Assembly: GCA_963666975.2 (NCBI GenBank)
Contig: CAXVYR010000004.1
Location: 1 to 64,000 of the forward strand
Direction of reading: 5' to 3'
Origin: Terriglobia bacterium
GTDB lineage: Bacteria; Acidobacteriota; Terriglobia; 2-12-FULL-54-10
Length of the DNA stretch: 64,000 bases
Below the pieces are notes generated by a model. That model was not told the DNA's origin. It made no database searches and saw only the letters and a list, made by a program, of their open reading frames with translations. Numbering within the stretch: position 1 is the first letter of the stretch; each line of letters begins with the position of its first letter. The position numbers and the translations under genes are program-made. Below, piece by piece: positions 59,070-64,000 of the stretch.

Positions 59070-60341
59070 TTATTTTTCCACGTCCAAACCGTAAGCCCTT
59101 GCCATAACCACAATCGGGTGGACGGGTTTTTTGCCGGTTCCCTGCTGCACTTGAATCGCCGACAAGGGACAATCGGTCACCGTGCAGGCGTCCTCGACGT
59201 TCATGAACTTGAACAACGGCTTGCCGATTTTCATGGAGGCCTCGAAGTTCTCCTTCTTCACGCTCCAACTGCCGTCGTGCCCGCTGCAGCACTGCATGCG
59301 CGAGGTGGAGGCTCCGGGAATCAGCTTCAGCAACTCCTGGGCTTTGAAGCCAATGTTCTGCGCCTTCAGGTGGCAGGGCTGATGGTAGCGAAGCTTGCCG
59401 GGCTGTTGTGAGAAGTTCAGGTCGAGCTTGCCGTCCTTGTGGACCTGCATGAGGTATTCAGAGAGGTCATACGTATTTTCGGCAACCAGCCGGGAATCCT
59501 CCGTTGGCAAAAAGACCGGATAATCTTTTTTGAGCATGTAGCTGCAACTTGCGCTGGGCACCACGATTTTGTATCCCTGCCGCACGAGCTGGCTCAGGAC
59601 AGCCACGTTCGATTCGATTTTCTTCATGGCGCGGTCCACCAAGCCGCCATCCAGAAACGGAAGCCCGCAGCACTGCTGGCTGGGGACAACGTACTCGATC
59701 CCGTTCTTTTCCAAAACGCCGACGGTCGCTTGGCCGATCTGCGGCTCGTTGTAGTTCACCGTGCAGGTGTAAAACAAGGCTGCCTTTTCCCCTGCGTTGC
59801 TATTCGAGGCAGCCGGGCGGGGAGAGCGTTTTCGGAACCACTTGGCGAAGGTCTCGGAATGGAAGTCGGGCAGCAGGCGGTCGCGGTGGATGCCCAGGAA
59901 TTTTTCCATCCAGCCGCGCAGCGCAGGGTTCCGGTTGGCCCAGTTGACGAGCGGCGCCGCCATGCTGGAGAGGCTTCCCACACGGTCGGTGTCTCCGAAC
60001 ATCCTGTCGGCAAAGCTGACACCTTTTTGCTTCGCCTCCACGAGGTTGGCGCGCATCATCGTTCGGGGAAAGTCGATCTCCCACTCATGAGGAGGAACGT
60101 AAGGACAGATGGAGTAGCACAGCTTGCATTGGTAGCAGAGTTCGACGACTTTCTTTACTTGCGTGTCATCCAGCCGGTCTACCTCGCCGAAGTTTTCGTC
60201 CACCCATTGGAACAAATTCACGAAGGAGGGGCAGTAGGTCTCGCATACGCGGCATCCGTGGCAGACGTCGAATACGCGGAGCAGCTCCTTGCGGGTCGCT
60301 TGCGGGTCCCAAAACTCGGTTGATTTCAGATCAAAGTTCAT
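59070..60341 (-). CDS. GlpC-like Fe-S oxidoreductase (4Fe-4S plus CCG domains)
   Basis: CHGCRVCETYC, CYQCKLCYSICP, QCCG and QCCSG. Confidence 0.88.
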   Translation of the reverse strand: MNFDLKSTEFWDPQATRKELLRVFDVCHGCRVCETYCPSFVNLFQWVDENFGEVDRLDDTQVKKVVELCYQCKLCYSICPYVPPHEWEIDFPRTMMRANLVEAKQKGVSFADRMFGDTDRVGSLSSMAAPLVNWANRNPALRGWMEKFLGIHRDRLLPDFHSETFAKWFRKRSPRPAASNSNAGEKAALFYTCTVNYNEPQIGQATVGVLEKNGIEYVVPSQQCCGLPFLDGGLVDRAMKKIESNVAVLSQLVRQGYKIVVPSASCSYMLKKDYPVFLPTEDSRLVAENTYDLSEYLMQVHKDGKLDLNFSQQPGKLRYHQPCHLKAQNIGFKAQELLKLIPGASTSRMQCCSGHDGSWSVKKENFEASMKIGKPLFKFMNVEDACTVTDCPLSAIQVQQGTGKKPVHPIVVMARAYGLDVEK

Positions 60342-60680
60342 CCGGTTTCTTACCTTCCCATTCGGTGACTCCCCCTGGTGGTGTGTGTGTTGCCGCCGGC
60401 AGTTTCACGTTTTTCCGCCGCTCTCACCGGGTTGCGCCCTGGCGCGAAATTGGTCTGCGCAGCAGCCGGCGGCATGGAATGAACGAAGCTGGAATCTTAA
60501 CCTTCTCCTTGCGAAGAGTAAACTGCGAGTTGGGGAACAGCGCCCGCCCGCTTGCAGGGGACATCCGATGCGGGTAGAATTCCCTGGTCGATTTGCCAGT
60601 CCAGGTGTCCGGGCAGCTTTTCCCTGTTGCCTGTATGAGCTGGCCTGATACAGATTCCATTCCATACAGGAGAAAAAGTC

Positions 60681-61427
60681 GTGGACATTACTGCGGAAAG
60701 AATTACAACGGCGGAGGGCGTAGGAGGATACCTGGCCTATCCGAGCGGCCAGAAATCCCCGGCTGTTCTGGTGCACTTTGAAATCTTTGGGGTGAACAGT
60801 CACATCGAAGACGTATGCCGGCGGATCGCCGGGGCGGGCTACGCGGCGCTGGCTCCGGACTATTACCATCGCCTGGAGACCAAAACCGCGCCCTATTCGG
60901 ATTTGCAAGGTGCCTTTCAACTGGCGGGCACTCTGAAGGATGCGGAGATGATGGCCGACGCCGGCAGTTGCATCGGCTACCTGCGTTCCAAGGATTTTGT
61001 GAACGCCGACGCCATCGCCACACTGGGGTTCTGCATGGGAGGGCGCGTCTCAATCCTGACGGCGGCGACTCACGCGCAATTCATCTCGGCTGCGGTCTCC
61101 TTCTACGGCGGGGGGCTGGCGGGCGAGAACCGCATGGGCGGCCATACGCTCAATCCGATGGAAGAGGCCGCCAAGGTCCAGTCGCCCCTCCTTTTGGTTT
61201 ATGCGGAAAAGGACCAGTTCATCAAGCCCGAGCACGTGGAGGCCTTCACCGGCAAACTGAAAGAGCTGGGAAAAAACTTCCAGAGCAAGGTTTACTCCGG
61301 GGCGGGCCACGGCTTCTTCTGCAACGAACGGCCATCGCATCATGAGGAGGCATCCAAGGACGCCTGGCAGCGGACGCTGGATTTTCTGGAAGCGAACCTC
61401 AAGAAAGCCAAAGCTACGGCGGGGTAG
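60681..61427 (+). CDS. dienelactone hydrolase family protein
   Basis: EIFG, GFCMGG nucleophile and AGHGFF. Confidence 0.92.
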   Translation: MDITAERITTAEGVGGYLAYPSGQKSPAVLVHFEIFGVNSHIEDVCRRIAGAGYAALAPDYYHRLETKTAPYSDLQGAFQLAGTLKDAEMMADAGSCIGYLRSKDFVNADAIATLGFCMGGRVSILTAATHAQFISAAVSFYGGGLAGENRMGGHTLNPMEEAAKVQSPLLLVYAEKDQFIKPEHVEAFTGKLKELGKNFQSKVYSGAGHGFFCNERPSHHEEASKDAWQRTLDFLEANLKKAKATAG

Positions 61428-61468
61428 CTGGGGCCTTTACAGCATTTCCCCAGTTGTTATAGACCGTG

Positions 61469-61555
61469 TCCGAGCCGCGACAGTGATGGAGCGGTTCCAA
61501 AAATGACTCAATCGACCAGCGTTTGGTGACCGCTTGCTTACGCGCGCGGCTCGGA
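61469..61555. repeat. inverted pair of REP-like repeats between convergent genes
   Basis: TCCGAGCCGCGACAGTGATGGAGCGGT ... ACCGCTTGCTTACGCGCGCGGCTCGGA. Confidence 0.75.
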
Positions 61556-61601
61556 TGGGCTTGGCTTCCGGTGAACCGTGTACAACATCCCGAGAACCGC
61601 T

Positions 61602-62168
61602 CTATCCGAACCGCGCCAGCCCCACCAGCAGGATGGCGGCCACAACGCCTGCTCCCACATCGTCGGCCAAGACTCCCCATGCGCCCTTCATGTGTCCCAG
61701 CTTCCAAATCGGATAGGGTTTAATGGCGTCAAAAGCGCGGAAGAGCACGAACCCGGCCACGACCGCAACCCAGTAGGGAATAGCTCCCCAGACGACCCAG
61801 GAGAGTGGGAACAATGTAATCAATTGCCCGGCCACCTCATCCAGCACAATCTGGGCGGGGTCTTCCGTTGTAAAGCTTCGCAGAGCAACCGCAATAATCA
61901 ACAAAGAGGCTGCTGTAATTGCCAGGGTAACCAGTCCCAGAAATAAGCCAGGGTAAGGCAGTCTGGATGCCAGGGCCGCCAGGCCCAGATACAAGACCAC
62001 GCCCAAAGCCGATCCGTAGGTTCCCGGCATGACGGGGAGATATCCCAGGCCCCCTCCGGTGGCAAACCAGACGGCGACGTCGCGGCCCCTACCCGCCGTT
62101 TCTGCGGCGGCGGAGTGCGCCGTGGCTTCCGTATTGTGAGCCAGCCGAGGCGTGGATGTTTTTTTCAA
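61602..62168 (-). CDS. pgpA: phosphatidylglycerophosphatase A
   Basis: PGTYGS, DP..IVLDEVAG, FRAFDAIKP.PI and GVLADD..AG. Confidence 0.93.
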   Translation of the reverse strand: MKKTSTPRLAHNTEATAHSAAAETAGRGRDVAVWFATGGGLGYLPVMPGTYGSALGVVLYLGLAALASRLPYPGLFLGLVTLAITAASLLIIAVALRSFTTEDPAQIVLDEVAGQLITLFPLSWVVWGAIPYWVAVVAGFVLFRAFDAIKPYPIWKLGHMKGAWGVLADDVGAGVVAAILLVGLARFG

Positions 62169-62172
62169 TTCG

Positions 62173-63477
62173 TTACTGGAGGACTTCGTAGATCAGAGAA
62201 CGGGTCTCCGGCGGCGCGGAAGAGATGTGGAAGGCGTCTTCTACCATCTGAGTGGCTTCTTCCAGATGGGTCTCCTCGTTGTAGTAGATCGAGCAAAGCC
62301 GTTCGCCAACCTGGATTCGGTCGCCGACTTTATGCTCCAGGACGATTCCGACGGCGAGGTCAATCTCCGAATCCATCTTCGCCCGGCCCGCCCCCATCAA
62401 CATGGCGGCCTGGCCGATGTCATCGGCGCAGATGCGGGAGATATACCCGGCCCGCGGCGAGGAGATGTCGAATTCCGCCGACGCGTTGGGCAGCAACTCA
62501 AATTTGTCCACCGCCGTGGGGTCGCCGCCCTGCACCTCGATCAGTTGGCGGAACTTCTTGAGTGCCGACCCGTCGCTTAGCAGTTTGAAGGCCTGGTCTT
62601 TGGCGCTTTCCACGGTGCGGCCCGGCTCGGCCAAGGCAATCATGCGCGCGGCCAACTCCAGGGAGAGTTCCACCAAGTCCGTGGGGCCTCCGCCCCTCAT
62701 CGCTTCGATTGCTTCCATCACCTCCAGCGCGTTGCCAACCGCGTTGCCGAGCGGCTGGTCCATGTCGGTGATGACGCTGACCGCCTTTTTGTTCATGCGC
62801 TTGGCGATGGTGACCAGCAACTGGGCAAGCCGCCGCGAGTCGGCCATCTTCTCCGTCAGCGCGCCGGCCCCGGTTTTCACATCCAGCACCATCCCTTCCA
62901 CTCCTTCCGCCAGCTTCTTGGAAAGAATGGAGGCGGCGATCAAGGGGATGCTCTCCCCGGTCCCGGAGGCATTCCGCAGGGAGTCCAGTTTTTTATCGGC
63001 GGGGACAAGCTCATCGGTTTGTCCAATCATCGCCAGGCCCGCGTTGCGCAGCACGGCCTTGAATTCTCTGGGATTCAGGCGGGCGTTGAAGCCGGGGATG
63101 GACTCCAGCTTGTCGAGCGTTCCGCCGGCGTGGGCCAGTCCGCGGCCAACGATCATCGGCACCGTAATGCCGGCGGCCGCGACCAGCGGCCCGACGATCA
63201 AGCTCGTCTTGTCGCCTACTCCGCCCGTGGAGTGTTTACCGACCTTTTTACCCTCCAGATCGCTCAGGTCCAACGGCGGGACCATCGCCGACATGCTTTC
63301 GGTCCAATCGACCAGCTCCGCGTCGGAAAGGCCGTTGAAAAAGACAGCCATCAGGAGCGAGGAGGCCTGGTAGTCGGGAATTCCCCCCCGAGTGTATCCC
63401 TGAAGGAAAAAGTCAATCTCTTCCCTGGAGAATTCATCTCTATCGCGTTTTCTTTGGATCAGATCAATGACTCGCAT
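62173..63477 (-). CDS. pdp: thymidine / pyrimidine-nucleoside phosphorylase
   Basis: KHSTGGVGDKTS, GRGL.H.GGTLDKLESIPG, LIAASILSKKLA and LDVKTG. Confidence 0.95.
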   Translation of the reverse strand: MRVIDLIQRKRDRDEFSREEIDFFLQGYTRGGIPDYQASSLLMAVFFNGLSDAELVDWTESMSAMVPPLDLSDLEGKKVGKHSTGGVGDKTSLIVGPLVAAAGITVPMIVGRGLAHAGGTLDKLESIPGFNARLNPREFKAVLRNAGLAMIGQTDELVPADKKLDSLRNASGTGESIPLIAASILSKKLAEGVEGMVLDVKTGAGALTEKMADSRRLAQLLVTIAKRMNKKAVSVITDMDQPLGNAVGNALEVMEAIEAMRGGGPTDLVELSLELAARMIALAEPGRTVESAKDQAFKLLSDGSALKKFRQLIEVQGGDPTAVDKFELLPNASAEFDISSPRAGYISRICADDIGQAAMLMGAGRAKMDSEIDLAVGIVLEHKVGDRIQVGERLCSIYYNEETHLEEATQMVEDAFHISSAPPETRSLIYEVLQ

Positions 63478-63887
63478 GAGAATCCATCGGGGTCTGGCTG
63501 GCCCCGTTGCTGAATAAAATTTCCTTCCAGTGCTGCAATCCAGGGCCATGAGGCGGGGCTGGCTCACAGATGAAACAGGGTTATTTCCGGTCTGCAGCCC
63601 ACTCGAACCGGCTGCCAGGCCCGGCGAAGGCGGCTCTATCTAAAAAAATACGGAATCGGAACGCGAACATCCCGTTCCGGCAAGATTTTCCAAAATCTGG
63701 AAACCCTGCTATTCCTCAAGAAACGTGGCACAGACTATCATTGCCCGCTCCGAAATGCAAAGGGATTCGTAAGGGCGGATGACTAAACCGCTAAAATTAG
63801 GAAAAATCGCTCCCGGCTCGCCCGTCGCCGGCGGCGCTACTGTTCGATTCCCTGCAAGAGCCGTCTGCGCAGCAGACGCCGGTAATT

Positions 63888-64000
63888 TTATTCTTGCGGC
63901 GGGTCCTGAGACTTGTTCGGATCAGCCTGTTCGCGCGAGCCAGCCTGCGGTCCGGCCTGCAAGGGTCCCGGATCGGGGGTCTCTGCCAGCAACTCGAAGT
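63888..64000 (-). CDS. probable C-terminus of a gene continuing beyond the window
   Basis: Open minus frame FELLAETPDPG...PPQE-TAA followed by the hairpin CGTCTGC-GCA-GCAGACG. Confidence 0.35.
   Translation of the reverse strand, partial: FELLAETPDPGPLQAGPQAGSREQADPNKSQDPPQE

Overview
GC-rich bacterial chromosome segment. An Oar-type TonB-dependent receptor, the REP-like repeats and the gene style suggest Acidobacteriota (inference). About 1-21.5 kb is a decaying mobile island. It holds two toxin-antitoxin modules (parDE-like, and higBA fused into one ORF), nested IS1182-like, IS1202-like, IS3 and IS481-like elements, and cargo (TonB receptor, YtcJ-like amidohydrolases, a TPR gene split by one TGA). 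A P4-type tyrosine integrase marks its right edge, next to a truncated PHP tyrosine phosphatase gene. The rest is mostly core genome: HD-GYP phosphodiesterase, CoA transferase, acyl-CoA synthetase, a dcw cluster (mraZ to ftsZ, lacking murD and ddl), ilvC-ilvB-small subunit, GlpC-like oxidoreductase, pgpA and a nucleoside phosphorylase. Three items stand out. (1) A His/Cys-rich membrane-anchored upstream ORF ending in the ribosome-arrest motif RAPP, flanked by two tandem-repeat arrays, heads a porin/ZnuA/ZnuB-like metal uptake operon with no ATPase. (2) A stand-alone Mu-derived module has an intact S24 repressor and palindromic operator divergent from gam, gemA and an HTH gene, with no other phage genes. 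(3) An orphan ApeA-like HEPN gene lies just downstream of ftsZ. No tRNA, rRNA or CRISPR array was recognised.
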